From: Conidiobolus incongruus B7586
Lineage: Eukaryota
Direction: 5' to 3'
Assembly: GCA_000697335.1 (NCBI GenBank)
Contig: JNEM01013732.1
Span: 1 to 64,000 of the forward strand
Length of the DNA: 64,000 bases
The notes under the pieces were generated by a model. The model did not search any database. It was not told the DNA's origin and was given only the letters and a program-made list of their open reading frames with translations. The position numbers and the translations under genes are program-made. Below are positions 40,543 to 55,791 of this stretch, piece by piece (the first letter of the stretch is position 1; each line of letters opens with the position of its first letter).

Positions 40543-43117
40543 TTAGTCTGTACCTGAATCTTGGATACTCTGTTGAGTATTGAGATCATTTTGATACCCG
40601 TCATTTGGAGATACGTCATTTTCGAAATCCATATCATTGATAGGTGCGTCAGAGTAATCTGAGTCAAGGACCGCCAATCCTTCTTGGAAAAGATCTTTGA
40701 AATCTGGTTCTATGTGTGCTTCCGTATCTTGTTCAAAGTTCTCATTTTCACTAGAAGGTTGATAATTGGGTGATTCAGAAGGAGAGCTGACTCCAGAAGG
40801 GGTATCTTCATCACTAGCAAATTGAATTTCAGGAGTCCTTGATGCTAGATTATCGTTGTAAGGAGAGTCAATGTTAAATGAGGAAGATGGTGACCCATTT
40901 TCATAATCAGATACATCACTTTCTTCTTGCGATATTCTATCGATAATCTTTTTCCTCAAAAATTGATTGGGTTGGCTTGAATCTCTACGTCTTCTCCTCT
41001 TGGTACGACTAGGTGGTCTCAAAGATGGTGATCTTGGTTGCTTCAAATTTGCGTTATTGGGATGAAGATGTGTGTTCTCATCTTGATTAGTAGGTGATGC
41101 ATAACCGCTCTGTGTGTCGCTGATATCATCATCAGTTTCAATGTCAGTGAAGGATTCCTCAAATAATTCTTTAATCTCTGGGTCGTCAAGTGACGGCATC
41201 TCATTTTGCCACTTTTTAAGATAATAGTGGAACTCATTCTCATTAATATTTGGCTCGACATCTGTATTTTCTGTCTCTATAGTTTCTGAAGGATCGACTA
41301 TAATAGGGATATTACTGGTGTTTGTGTATTGAAACATGTCAACGTCTGGAATTGGATAATCTGATTCATTTTTCCTTTCCCATTGAGTTACAGAATCATA
41401 TAACCATTTAGAATGTACAACTTTGATGTTTGGCATTCTAAGTGCTTGGTTCACTTTATGGGTTTGTTTTGTAGCAACCAAATGGGTAGTTTTACTAGAA
41501 ATACTAGTTGAGCATTTAGCACCAAAACTTTCTGCCCATATCCATGCATCTTGCCTAGAAGGATATTAATATGAGAAAAACATAATTAATAGTATATCTT
41601 ACTTGGTAGGATCAGCATCAATAGGAATGATACCACTAAAAGTGATATAAACCCCCTTTAGGACCTCAGATTTCAACTTGGGTAATAAAAATGGAACAGT
41701 GGGCACTACGTTATCTATTTTTTGAAGTTCACGGTTGTCTTGGTACTTGTAAAACATTTCATGGAGACGTTTGAGTTGTTTAAGTGTTAATAATAACTCT
41801 CTGTCATTTTCATTAAGTTGAGCAACATGACCATTTTGAATAGGACTGGTAATAATAGGTCTGGTGGCTTGAGGTTGTTTGGGATCAGCAATAGCTTGAC
41901 TAGTTACTTCGCCATTGACTTCTTTGTTTTCACTGGATCCGTTTTGATTATTCGAATCGGAATTAGACTCTTCAGTATTTTTTGTTTCAATTGCGGTAGT
42001 AGTATTAGGTACAATGGAAGTCGGGTCGTTCTTGTTAGTTTCAGGTAAGTTATTAGCATTAATATCTCCAGTTCCTGGGAAAAATTCAAAGGGCACTACT
42101 CTAATCAAATTTGGTGACCATTCCCAGACATCTGGACGATCATCAATAGCGACTACCATGGACTGGTCAGTTGGAAAGAGCCTACTTATTGATTTTGTGG
42201 AACTCAAATTCTCGTCTCTCGTAATTACACGTTCTCTGAAATATTTATTCTCAGGGTCAATAATCTTGACAACTTCCAAAGCATAACTTCTAACTCCCAT
42301 GGTATAAATATGAAATTCATAGAGTGGGTCTAATTCTTCTAAAAACTTCTTAAGAAAAGGACGAGGTTTTATATAATATATATTGGGAGAGTCATTAAGC
42401 GTAAATTTTCCAATATCGTGAGTAGCAGGATAATTTATATTTTTAGGATCTGACATCCACTCTCTAATTTTAGTATTTAATGAAGCATGAATAATTGTTT
42501 GGTCAAGATCGATAATTAAAGTTAATTTGCGAGCTTTTAACAACCTATTGGCATTTTCTAAATCTAACATTTCTGCATTCTATTTAGAATTATTATTTAT
42601 CCCTTTTTAAATATTGAAACAAAATAAATTTACCTTTTTCGTAGTAGTTATATTATTTGTAGAATGATCAAATTTGATGGAAGCTCTCTCTAATTCATAT
42701 TTATTATGAGATAAGTTAAGATCTTTACCACAATCTACACAGAGGCCTGCAAGTAATGTTTCATGTGTACATTCAACTTCAATTTTGGCGACAAATTCAC
42801 TAATAAAAAAAACTGAATATTAATGGTTGAAATAAAATTGAGAATATTTTAATAATGGAATCGGATAGTGCCACTTACCTCACTGTAATTTCCTCACCTT
42901 CTTCAACCAAGATCGATTCCAAAATGCCTTCGAATTGAGCAGTTAAAAAATACCTCAAATACTCGGGTTCAGATTCTTCATTTCCATGTCTAGGGTTTGG
43001 AGATTCATACAATAATAGATTCGTGTTGTACTTGACTTCAGAACCAGGTTTTGCCAAAACCTTGATGATGCGAGCAGGGAGATGGTCATTGGGGATACGA
43101 ACTTCTTGAAATCCCAT
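40543..43117 (-). CDS. FCP1: RNA polymerase II CTD phosphatase Fcp1; four exons
   Basis: CTHETLLAGLCVDCGKDL; HAD motif LIIDLDQTIIHA; YIKPRP; IDDRPDVW; BRCT domain (AESFGAKC...THLVA...KVVHSKWLYDS); three GT-AG introns. Confidence 0.95.
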
Positions 43118-44111
43118 TGAAAAAAGTAGGACTTAATACTAAAGCTTTGGACTAATAATATAGTATAATATAGTTATTTTTGATTAACCGCTATTTGTTA
43201 ATTATAAAAAAATGAATGAATTTTTAAATTCACAAATAAAATTTTAATAACAAAAATTGCATTTAAAATCTTTTAATTTATGCTTTCATTGACTGTCATA
43301 AATTCAAAAATTTTGCTAAAGATCTATTGATGACATAACATTCAAAACCCTATTATCCAATCAAACCACGATTAGTAAGTCGTTCCATTTTTAGAACTAA
43401 TTGAGTATTATTTCAATCTAACCAAATTTTAAATCCACGTTTGTAGTTATTGAAATGCAAATATTGAACTTTGTATAGTATCGATACAATATATGTTAGA
43501 TAAATAAATTCTTTATAAAATATCTAGGTATGGACTTTCACTATTATTATCGAATCTATTATATGGCCACAGGTTAAAACTTTAACGAATATTCATTCAC
43601 ACCTATATGAGAGAAATTAATGTGATATATCACAGAAAGAAATACTTCAAGTACTATGTATTTATGATATAATCCCAACTTTGATATTCTGTTTTATAAT
43701 TGTTATTTCTATTACAGCTATCGATTTGATAGATTAAAATAGACTATAATTATCATGAAATAAATACTCTTGAAATTTTCTTAAATCATAAGGATAATCT
43801 ACCATCAAATGTTTAATTATCGAAAATTCGAGCAAATTTTAATCAGCCACTATATCTTTTATACAGGTTGCCTGTAAAACAATTATAATTTAAATGATTT
43901 TAACTATATAATATAAAATATGATATTAACGTTTTGAATTTTAATATATAATAATTTCATATATAATGTAGTTGGAAATTTTAATATTTACTCAGTTAAT
44001 TTACAATTATAGAATTTATCAAATTCATAGTGTATTTGATATTATTCAAAATATAATTGTAAAAATAATTTATTTTTAGACTTGATTTTTGCTTGAAACT
44101 ATGAATTGTAT

Positions 44112-45454
44112 CTATAATAGAATTTCTTCAACTTTAGATTTTTCTTCACTATCACCTAATAATTAATTATAATTAATATAAAATTGAAATAAATCAGATT
44201 TGATTTACCTTTTTCAGTGAAAGATCTATTAGATTGCATGGCAACCTCTATATCTCTCAATGTTTTCAATTCAGGAGGATTATTTTTAGTATTGATAGTA
44301 CTTCCCTCTGACTCAGATAGGTCATATGCTTGTTTTCTCGTCTCTTCCCATTTCCTTGTGCTGGTAAATTTATGCTGTTCATAAATATCCTTCTCTTTGA
44401 CAATGTGTAACATAACAAACTCTACTGCCCACTGTGATAAATCCAGCATTGCCATACCCGCAACAATATTGAGAATCAAATTAATAATATTAAATGCGCC
44501 AATACTTCCTGTTTGAATGAACATTATCCGAATACCATGCGTATTGACAACTGTAAAATGATTCATTGGAGAGGGATCTGTTGATAGAAGATTATCATAA
44601 ACAGACTCGACATATTTGAAATCGGCACCAGGCGCTTCTTGGACAGTTATTTCATAAGTCACCTCCCAAGGACGATACCAAGGATTTTCATAGTTAATTA
44701 AGGCTAAAAGTACTATTCCTTCATATCTCTTAGGCTTGGATCTCTCATTTTCTACTTCATCTAGATCAATTCCTCCTGCTTCTAATATTTGATCTACAGA
44801 GAATACATAATCTTTATCCTTTCCCTTGATAGGAAACTTTAAAATTGGGTTGTCTTTGGAGTCTAGAATTTCCCCTCTCATTGATCTTGAAGTCAAGACT
44901 TCTCCAGTTGTCGGACTCATGATGGAATGATCAATCAGTATTGTGTAATATTCAGGATAGCTAGCGTAAAATGCAATAGCTCTATCATAGTCGTTAGAAT
45001 TATGCTCATAGATATCATAAATACAGTTACGATCAGAAGAGATTAATCCGTGCTGCGAGCTTTGACATCCAGGCTTCAAATCGTTGTATAGAGTCAAGTT
45101 TACTCTAGTAGGGACAAGGATAGAATGTTCAGTTGATCCATAAAATTCAGCTATATATCTGCAGCCCAATGCTGGAGAATAATCCTTAGTACAATAATCC
45201 AAGCTTTTGCTCGATTCAAGCTTTTCAAAATCGGGTACACGCACAGACACCCGAACGCTACCACCCGATGGCTTATCAAGATCCATGTAGCCTCTCTTAT
45301 ACATCAATTCATATAGCCCAATATATAATAATGCTAAAATGGTCAAAAGAGTGTTGAATAAACCCAATCTAGGATCTTTGATCTTCACGACAGCTTGGGT
45401 CTCGAAGGTTGTGGTATTGTCTACAATCCAGTTGATAAACTTTCTGAGAACCAT
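44112..45454 (-). CDS. P2X-family (ATP-gated-type) cation channel; final intron 44208-44156
   Basis: Two TM helices flanking a large Cys-containing ectodomain. N-terminal FET..VVKIKDPRLGL, KRGY after TM1, and HGIRIMFIQTGSIGAFNIINLILNIVAG before TM2 (P2X GIR...G..G.F signature). Splicing gives a C-terminus ...TEKGDSEEKSKVEEILL*. Confidence 0.88.
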
Positions 45455-48400
45455 TATATTTTTATAATATTCTTGATATTTGAGTAGATGACATTAATTC
45501 ACTAACTGTAACAATTATTCATTAAATGATATATTTATACTCTAGAAATGATATGAAATATAACTTTTCAAACAGTATCAACAATTTCATAGTTCTTTTA
45601 AGCACTGATTCAGAAATATTTACCCTACGAATCAAAAATACTATTTCAAAGACCTCAATCACTTTGATAATTTTGAAATTTGGTATTCTGGAAGATACTC
45701 GATCGGAATTATTTCAAATAAATTTCACAATTCGGGTGATCACTCACTGTTTGAATATTACTACAGTTGATGTATTTCTTGATTAGTTTTTTTTTCATTT
45801 ATGATCCTTGCAACTCTATTACCTAATATCGGATGAATTTAAATTTGTAAATTTTTAATTCATTGGTTCAAACAATGATAATAATTTAGATAGATATTTT
45901 ATCCAATCAAATCTTAACTTAAATTTTGCCCTCTTTTCAATAAATGATAACAATTTTAAATTGTAAAATTTGATCATATCATAAAATTGTCAATATATTA
46001 ATATTTAATAAAATAATTAATATATTTAATCCTTTTAAAGTTCTCTTTAAATATTATTTTTTTAGATCAAATCACTTTGCAAATATAAGGTAAAAATCTT
46101 TGAAATCATAATATTGTGTATATACTATATGAATTTAATTTATATTTAATATTTTATATTAATATGCTTCATATTTAAGTTACCTATGCTTTATTTATAA
46201 TTGACTAAAATTTATAATATAATAATAATAATATTATTTTTTAACTGTCATTTTTTATGAAATTTAAGCTGAACTAGATAAAATAAATATGTAATTGTGA
46301 AGCGTTGAAAAATATGATATTATTAAATTTTTTTGTCAAGAATATTCAGAATATTTGTCCAAGTTTTAATCCTTTAATATAATCAATATAAAATATAATA
46401 GATTAATATTTCTTATTATCAACATTTATCAATTTAAAAATTATAATCAAAAATATCTAGATAATATAGCATTAAAATTTAATATGGCTTATAAAATTTA
46501 ACCTCATATTTGAAGTATTATGATTATTAATTATATTACTAACAAATTTACAAAATTTCAAATATTAGGCTTTTTAATTCTTATAAATATACGAGTATGA
46601 TAAAGCCAGTTTTCTGAAATATATAAACTTTATAGAAAACTGATATTATCAATATATTTAATACAGTATTTTTATTTCAGTATATATACATAAATTATAA
46701 TACCAAAAGGAATATTACATTATTATAAGATACAATGTGTTAAACTATTTTGTGATTTTTTTCTTTAAAATTAATCAATTGCTAATGGAATTATAAATAT
46801 CTTTCATAATATCAATTATTATAATATAGGTCTTAAATCAAATTCTAATATATTAAGAATAAAATTGATTAATTGTGAATTTCTTAACAAAAGATAATAA
46901 AAATATAATTAATATTTTAACAAAATACCATCAATTCTAATTAATAACATGGCGTCTCAAGAACTTTGAATTTATTATGTATATACCAATAATAGTAAAT
47001 CATATTAATGTATATGATTTAAGTTTTATGGAATAAAATACACATTAAATATTTGAATCATAAGCTGTAACATCCCGCAATATTTTGAATACAAAAAAAT
47101 AAGCTTTAATCTTTAAAAATTATTTTTTTTGCCCCATTATATCTGCAAGTTGGATTTCAAAATATTTGACTCAATGTACTACCTTATAGCCGAGACAGTC
47201 TTTTATTAATTTTTTTTAAAATTAATTAACGAGATTTTAATATCGCTCAAAATTATAATGCCACATGTTATTAATAGTAATCTTTGGATTATATGCTAAT
47301 AAATATTTTAGTAAAAGTAACTCAATTACTTGCAATATACACTCATTCTAATTCTATTTCATGTATTGAGCCAAAAACACTAACTGTATTTGTCATATAT
47401 TCATCAATATGGTCCTATTTGGAAAATCGAATTATTCTAAGTAAACTGAATTGAATTAGGCAGAGTAATATAAAAAGTATATTCTAATATGGTAATAATT
47501 AATCTTCTTAGCTTCACTTTATCATTTAAAAGTTGTTTAATTTTATTGAATTGAAACACTCCAAATTTAGTCAAAATCAAGTATAGAGAAATTTAATAAT
47601 ACTATGATTGATTGATCGTTGGATTTGCATTTAACATTCAAAATTCAAAAAATACACTATAAAATAGTGTTATGCTTACATAATAAAACCATATATTGGA
47701 TATTATATCAGACTTAATCGTGTAAACATGTCTCCATTACATTATGATAATATCTGATTTAATAGAATTGATAAATGAAAAACTAATAGTTTCCATATTA
47801 GAATTCTTACACCGCAGATGGTATAGAATACTTTGAAAAAATTTATTCACAATATCCAAATAGACTTTCTGTGACTAATCTTCAGCTGATCTTCTCAATA
47901 TCTCTTTAACTGTCAAATTTCAAAATTGGGTCTATGATTCCATTTTACTATATTTGTAGAATACAATTTGATGATTTTGTAAGCGTTATGAGAGGGAAAT
48001 TATCAAAATTATATTGATTGAATGAGATTCGTTTAGATAGAAATTGTACACAACATGATGATATGAGTTGAAATTGTATACCACCATGTTAGTTTACAAT
48101 AATTAATATAAACACTTTGTTTTAAATAGTATGTTAGGATAGGATGATTGAATTGAACTAAGTCTTATCACTCCGACATTAGGTTAAAATCAATTAAACT
48201 AAACTTTGAGTGACTCCTCAAGCTTAAACAATGGACTTACCACACTCCTTTTCTGCTCAAGTTTCCATTTACCAATAAAAATGATTCGATTCCAAATAAG
48301 TATAAAAGATGGACCAATCCATAAGAAATTGTATTTCAATCTCCTATCCAGTTTTTCTGAATTAATAAACTCTTCATTGTCCTTCTACTCTTTATTTTAT

Positions 48401-48548
48401 TTTTAGAAGGCTCCTTCTCTGAATAGGCTTGTATTATTTTTATTAACTTTTATCCTTCTATTTGATTATTGTCCCCCTTTTGTATATATTTCAATAAATT
48501 ATAACTATCTATCAACATTTACGCAGCAATTACCCAACTATCCTTTCA

Positions 48549-49920
48549 ATGATGACCGAAACAATTAATACAATACTACACACTTTGGAAAATGAATATG
48601 CTAAAATGAATTTGGAGCCTAAATTTAACTATGAAACTAAAGAATCACATGTAACCGATTCCAACGACATTGATCCCGATATTACACTGGATGGTAGTGA
48701 AAATTTATTTCCGCCTTCTTATCAAAGCTCAATGGCTAGAAACCCCCACTCAGACCATCCTAGTATGAACATGATGCTATATGAAAAAGTAATAATTTAT
48801 CGCTTGGTATTATCAATATGCAATTGATTAATATTTTTTAGATGCTCAATTTAGAATGTTTGGTATCCAACATACATGATACTGTTGTAGATAGTGCGTT
48901 ACTTAATAAGGATGTTTCTCAACAACTTAAAGAGTAATCTTATATAATGCAGAATTTACACTTTTACATCTATATTAATATTTTATATTTGTAGAATAAA
49001 TGATACTATGAATAAATTCCAAAAAGAAGCATCAATTCGCTTGAGACAAAAACTTAGTGTAAAACCAGACTGCCAAGTAATACTGAAAAATACATCTATT
49101 TGCAAGGGGTAGTGATTAATATTGCTTAATTTAGACTCTCTTTAACCCCGATGGTTCACAGCCTGCTAAAACACCTACCATCGAAAATGAAGAAGACTGC
49201 TTTCCCGTTGAAGAAGACAGTCAGCGATATGATAGAGTTTGTTCAATGGTCGAAACTCTAATATCAGATGCCAACACGGTATTATCAAATCGTGGTATTC
49301 CTTCTAAAGAACTATTTCAAAAACAATTGGAGAATGACCTCGCTGAACTTGGTCCCTTGATGAAATCAACCGATTCAATTTCTAAAGCCGAGAAAATGAC
49401 TCATCAACACTCAGAACCATCTACTATCTATGCTGAACCTCAACCTGTTGAAGGACCCGAGACCAATGATGATTCACTAGTATTTGAATTTTCTTGCAGT
49501 TTCAAACGTCCTGGCAACTCCACAATTCCTCGCAGTTTGAAAAAGAAGCTTACTTTGCCACTGTTTCGACAAAAATCACCTACTTCTACCAATGACAAAT
49601 CACTATCAGATAGTACCTCGACACAATCTACTGAGACTGCCTTGATTGATCCATCTTTGGTTACATTTTCAAATTTTGGAACTGTTGGATTATTAGTCCT
49701 TCTTGCCTATTGGACTTTCTTGTTTACTCTTGGTACTGTACTCCTGGATTCTTCTCTCTGTGATATGGCTGGACTTCAAGTAATGGAACTTGTTGATGCT
49801 ATTTCTGGTTCTCGCGCTAAACGTGTTGAGCAAAGACGGCTTGCATCTAAGAAGTCGTTCCCTCGTATCGAGTATCAAATCCCCATTGCACCTGTCAGAC
49901 ATCGTAGAAACTCATTTTAA
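48549..49920 (+). CDS. Hypothetical membrane protein; exons 48549-48788, 48842-48933, 48995-49076, 49135-49920
   Basis: Three GT-AG introns keep frame; one hydrophobic segment near the C-terminus (FGTVGLLVLLAYWTFLFTLGTVLL). No family recognised. Confidence 0.7.
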
Positions 49921-51016
49921 CTTATTATCAACTAACCGATCATAAATATTTAGCTAAGGACTCACAATCATTATTCGCTTTATTCATTAAACATGTACAT
50001 ATTAGCGTGAACTGCTCCAATCGCGCTAGATATATCTAATTCAACCCTAACCCTATTTATTTATGATTTTTAACCAAATTGTCTAAGCGACTTATGTCTT
50101 TGTCAATACATGCGTATATTAAATATTATAACAATGGATTATATATTTGAACTACCTTTGATAAATATTATTATATTATAGCCACATTTAATAAAGAAAT
50201 ATTTATTTGTATTCGGATTATTCAATGTTATTTCCATTCAACTGCTTGAATTAGCTTGCAGGTAAATATTTTAATAATTTCTTTAAATGTCAAAATATTA
50301 TTTAGATTTGATCGCTAGAATCAAAGATTCTATTAGTTGTAAATGACCAAACTAGTAACTTATTAGTAATATAGAGCTTAGACTGAAAAACTCAATCAAA
50401 ATATTTGCCTATCTATCATGTATCATCATCCATTCTTTGAAAAACTTTTATAATTTGAAACAAAATTCCCTTCTAAACCAAAAAAAAATACTGATGTTAA
50501 AAATAATTTAACAACATGTATTGAAATCAAAATGATTTGGTTTGTTTTACTAAATTGAATATAGTTAAATATTTTTAATAGAATTGAATCGATTTAACAT
50601 TGATATCTAATAATTTCTAATGCTTATTATATCATTATATAAATTTTATTGAGTCAGTATTACTTAATATTAATTGAACTTTAATTTGAAATTATCTTCA
50701 ATTAAGTAATAATTTTCAATGTTACTAAGATTGCAAGGATAGTGCATTGACTATTTTTGACATGATTTCATTATTCAACAAAACTATTTGAGTTGATTTA
50801 ATGCTGTCAAAATTATTGAAATTAAATTAGTTAATAGTATAATAATTGCATTCTATACTATTTTATACAAATAACATAATGATATGCATTTTCATTATTA
50901 TAGTTACATTAATATATTTATTTTTATTTGTTAAAGTATGGGTTAATTTGATATGTTTTGTTTTAATGTAATGTACATATTAAACTCAATTTATTAGATT
51001 AATGAAATAACTATGA

Positions 51017-52043
51017 TCAATTTGTAGTTCTATCAGAATTTGATAAAATTCCATATCTAAAATAAAGAAAATGATTAATATAAACACAAAAGTAGGATAT
51101 ATTTCACTTACTTGAATAAACAACCTTCGACACTTTCAATATCTAGGTGAGGACTTCCCAACTCGTCTAAAAATTTGACAAAATTATGGATCAAATTACC
51201 CCCTTGATAAATCAGGAGAGTAGGAAGAACAATTTCGTCAAATTTGGTAGATAACAAATGACTTTGAATTCGACAAAATAGTGTATGCTGATATTCAAAG
51301 CATAGTTCATCCAGTATTTCATTTAATTTGTTACATTCTGGTATATGCTATTTATTTGAGTTAATATCTATTATAATCTATGATATTTATATGCACTTAC
51401 TTTTTGATATAAATGAATAATAACATACACTTTAGGTGATTGTTCGTCAATAACTTGAATATAATTATCTTCGTTTAACTCGTAAACCTCATTGAAAACG
51501 GACTGATTAAGCTCATTTTTCCTGATATCTAACTTTTCAACCTTCTGGGTCATTCTCAATTCTTCTAATCTCTTTTGTCTATATTGTTCAAAAAAAGCTT
51601 CATCGTCAGATAAATTATCCTCAAGTTCGTCTAACTCCAAGTTGTTATAACTATTTTCCATCTGATTTAAGGGCTCCAGCTGGTCAGAGCTCACACTATA
51701 ATGACTACTCATCTGATTACCCGTACTGTTGCTCTTTTCCAACTTTTTCAGATATCGATAATCTGAAATAACACCCTTGACACCTGTTTGTCTTCCTGAA
51801 GTTCTCTGATTCAACAAATTAGCCTAGCAATAATGATATTGAATATTATAAAAAAATACATAGCTAATAAATAAATATTACTTGTTCGATAGTTCGCTCT
51901 TCCTGAATTTTAGTATATTTATCAATTTTTTCATCTCCCTCCTCACATTCGATTTCCTCATTATCAGAAGCTAAAGAATCGCTATCTCTCTCATTATCAC
52001 TATTTTCATCAATAAATTGTACAGTATCGGGAGTCTTTAACAT
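51017..52043 (-). CDS. Phosducin-like protein (PhLP1 class, G-beta-gamma/CCT co-chaperone); four exons
   Basis: TGVKGVISDY motif; FFEQYRQKRLEEL; thioredoxin-like domain VIIHLY...C..LNEILDEL...FDEIVLPTLLIYQGG. Confidence 0.88.
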
Positions 52044-53438
52044 ATTTTGAAATTATTAACAATTAAAAAGAATAACAAAGAACATAATTTTAAAATTTAG
52101 TTTCTTCAGTATTATTTTCTATCTCCTCATTTCGTTTGGTATATCAATTAGGTAATTTATTCCTTAATTTGGTAACTTTAATATTTTTGAATTATTTGAT
52201 AAAAGTTGAATTGTAAATAAATTTCAAATTAAACAAATTTTTTAATAAAAATTAATTTATAAAATATCTTAAATATTTAAAATTGAAATATTTATAAATC
52301 TTGAAGTATTCAATTATTTTTGGAATTATATTATAATATTTTAGAAGCCAATTTTATATAATATTTTGTTCAAATAGGTTAATAACTATGAAAATTAGTG
52401 ATCTTAAAATCTTTGTAAATTTTATTTTGATTCAATTATTTTGGTTATTTTATGTCCAATATGTGTTACCTCATTAAAAAAATTATATAATTAAGTTATT
52501 TAAATAATTGGTTAATTAATTGTAATATATATTGAAATAATAGATTTCAAAATTGAATAAATTATTGCAACTTTGTATAAAACATTCCAATACGTTCAAA
52601 TTCAATAACAATGAAAAAATTAAATCATCTTTTAAATATAGTATTATAATGTTGAAAAATAATTACATTGCTTTAGTTCAATATACATTCTTAGCTATTG
52701 TCAATATATCATATATTAATAAAATTTGAATTTTAAATTTTCTCTTTAAAGTCATATATTAAATTCAGAACATCAATATTATTTAGATTGGAGTTTAAAA
52801 GTTGAAGTTAGATACTAATTTCCAAGTTTTACAATTATTAAGAATGCTATAATATCTAGTTTTATTGCTGTACCTATCAATTATTTACTTATTAATTTTG
52901 TTAATATTACCTTTTTTGAAGTGTTTACTCAAAATTATTATTCATCCTTGAAATATTAATAAATTTTTGAAAATTTTTCAAAATAAGTATATAGAATAGA
53001 ATCAATTAATAGAAGTTGTTTAATAATGTACTATTTGATTCTATATTTAATTTATATAATTATATTAAAAAATTAATTATTATCATCCTATTATCATACA
53101 GTGATATATAAAAACTTATATTGAGCTATACATATAATCTATATAATGTTTTAAAAGTACCAAGAAACTCTGTAATCTTATTTATATTAATCAAAAAACT
53201 GATATATAAAAATAGTTTATATTAGACACATATACTATATATAATATGAATATTTGAATTTATACCGTTTTCAAAAATTCTCAAAGTTTTAATATCACAC
53301 TTGGTTGATAATAATACCCAAATATAGTAATGGACCAATCCCAAAATTATTTTATAAATTATATTACCTCAAGCTCAGTGTGTTAAAATAACTTTTGACT
53401 GGTTGATCTTTATATCAATAATCAATAATTATAATAAA

Positions 53439-54335
53439 ATGTCCGCCATCACCCGTACTCTTGCCCAATCCGCCCCTAAGGTATTATTTCATCCAATATT
53501 ATGTCACGAAACTAAATTCAACAATGTACATATTTTTAAAATTCAGTATACTGATTCAATTTTTCAATTTCTTAGTTGGCTCGTTCTTATGCTACATCTG
53601 CCCAAAAAGTTCAAGTAATTTCAATCTGTGCTGAATTAAATTTGGAATATTATTGACACGAACTGAATTTAGGTTCCTTTGACTTTGCACGGAATCCACG
53701 GCCGTTACGCCACTGCCTTATACACCGCTGCTGTCAAGAAGAATGCTTTAGATCAAGTTGAAGCTGATTTAAAGAAATTCGCCGAAACCTTGAACAAGGA
53801 TCCCAAGGCTGTTGCTCTCTTGGAAAATCCCACCCTCAAGAAGGAAGCTCGTGCTGCTGTTGTTGAAGCCGTTTTCCAAAAGGCTAAACTCAACCCCCTC
53901 ACCTCCAATCTCTTCGCCGTCTTGGCCGAAAACCGTCGTTTGGACCAAGCTGCTAAGATCGTCGAATCTTACCAAGCTCTTATGTCTGCTCACCGTGGCG
54001 AAGTTGTTGTCAACGTCACCTCCGCCAAGGTACATTAAATGACTCTTAAAATGTCCAATTATTAACATATTTCGTAGTCTTTGGAATCTGATCTCTTGAC
54101 TCAACTCAAGAACAACTTATCCAAGAGCTCCCTCGCCAAGGATGCCAAGTCCGTCGTCATTAAGAACACCGTCAACCCCTCCATCTTGGGTGGTTTGATC
54201 ATTGAAGTTGGTGACAAGACTATCGACTTGTCCGTCGCTAGCAAGGTTATGAAACTCAACAAGCTTTTGACTGGTAATTCTTTTTATCATTTATAATTCT
54301 CTTATTAATAATGGTTTTTCATAGATGCTATCTAA
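53439..54335 (+). CDS. ATP5: Mitochondrial ATP synthase subunit 5 (OSCP); five exons
   Basis: Presequence MSAITRTLAQSAPKLARSYAT; VPLTLHGIHGRYATALY; LAENRRL; VNPSILGGLIIEVGDKTIDLSV. Confidence 0.97.
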
Positions 54336-55791
54336 TTTCTATCTTTTCAACAATGATAAAATCAATTACATTAAGTTTTTTAAATACTTATTTTTGTCTA
54401 ATTGTATTGATTACTCACACTATTATCTTCAATTATTATTTACTGTTTGGATCATCATTTAATATAATATTTTATCCTTTAGGGTTGTAAATTTTTTGAT
54501 AATGATTTAGATATTTTTGCAGTTATTTAGGCTACAATCTGTGTTTGAAAATTTAAACATGTTGCTCAGTACTTTTAAGCAACAAGTTTAATGATTCAAT
54601 CATCAATGATTACATTTTGATTCATCCTTTAATTTTATCTTTTATTATTATTATTCATATACATCAAATATATTCTAAATCATCTAAAAGTCATTATTTC
54701 ATCAACTATTTTCAATATTTTATATAAAGATTGTACAATACTAACCTTCTAAAATTTGTTTATTGTAATTTATCAAAATAAAAGTCATATTGAAATATTG
54801 AGATTTTTAATTATTTTGTACTTTAATTTTATATTATATCTAGATCTTAAATATGGTTGATATACATCCACGAATGATAAGTTTCTCAATAATATTACTT
54901 ATCAATATTATCTATTATATTCATTTGCTATTTCAAACCACTATTTAGTCAATAATTATTTATAATATTATTTATAATTAACTTGATGACTTTTAAATAA
55001 TTAATCTGCTAAAGAATTTTATATGATATTCAATGATCATATACTAATCCATCCCACAATTGTTAAAACAAGTTGAACACATGCAAATTAATCCAATTCA
55101 AATTATATTACAGTCATATTTAATGATTATTAATAAATAAAATATCTAATATAATAATATATTGCTTAAATACAACCTAAGATTGGATTTTTATAATAGG
55201 AAAAAATTGATTTATGTAAATTCCGAATTTGAGTTTATATTTAACTACATTGATATTATATTTAAAATAAAAAATATATAAAATAATTGAATAATAAAAA
55301 CAAAATAATCAATTTAATCAATATTAATTTTATATACCTTGATAATTTAACCAACTTTTCAAAATTTGTCCTTTTTGGAATTAATTAATATGGCAATATT
55401 ATCTTAGAATTAAAAGAATAAAAAATTTTTTAATTTTTTTTATTAAAAATTAACTTTTAAAAATTTATTATTTAATTTTATTATATATGAATAATGATTA
55501 TCAATAGTTTTATATTTTAATATTAATTAAATTTAATCATAAATTTTATAAAATTATTTTAAATTTCCAAGTAATTTTTAAAAATGATAATATATTTAAA
55601 TCACCTATTTATTAATTAATCAATTATTTAATAGTTAAAAAAATTTTAAATATAATTTATTAAAATTTAAAAAAAATTAATTTTAACTATTATTTTTTAT
55701 ATTATTAATATAACAATAATATATTTAAAGATATTTTTTGATTTTAATCAAAAAATTATTAAAAAACTTTAAAATTATTTATATAAGTATA

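Noticed and set aside
33018..43117. CBP80-NOC2-FCP1 co-oriented as a functional RNA-processing cluster
   Set aside because: Ordinary housekeeping neighbours, each with its own intergenic region; no evidence of co-regulation.
50043..50055. AACCCTAACCCTA telomere-like sequence
   Set aside because: Only two units, in a 3' UTR; expected by chance.
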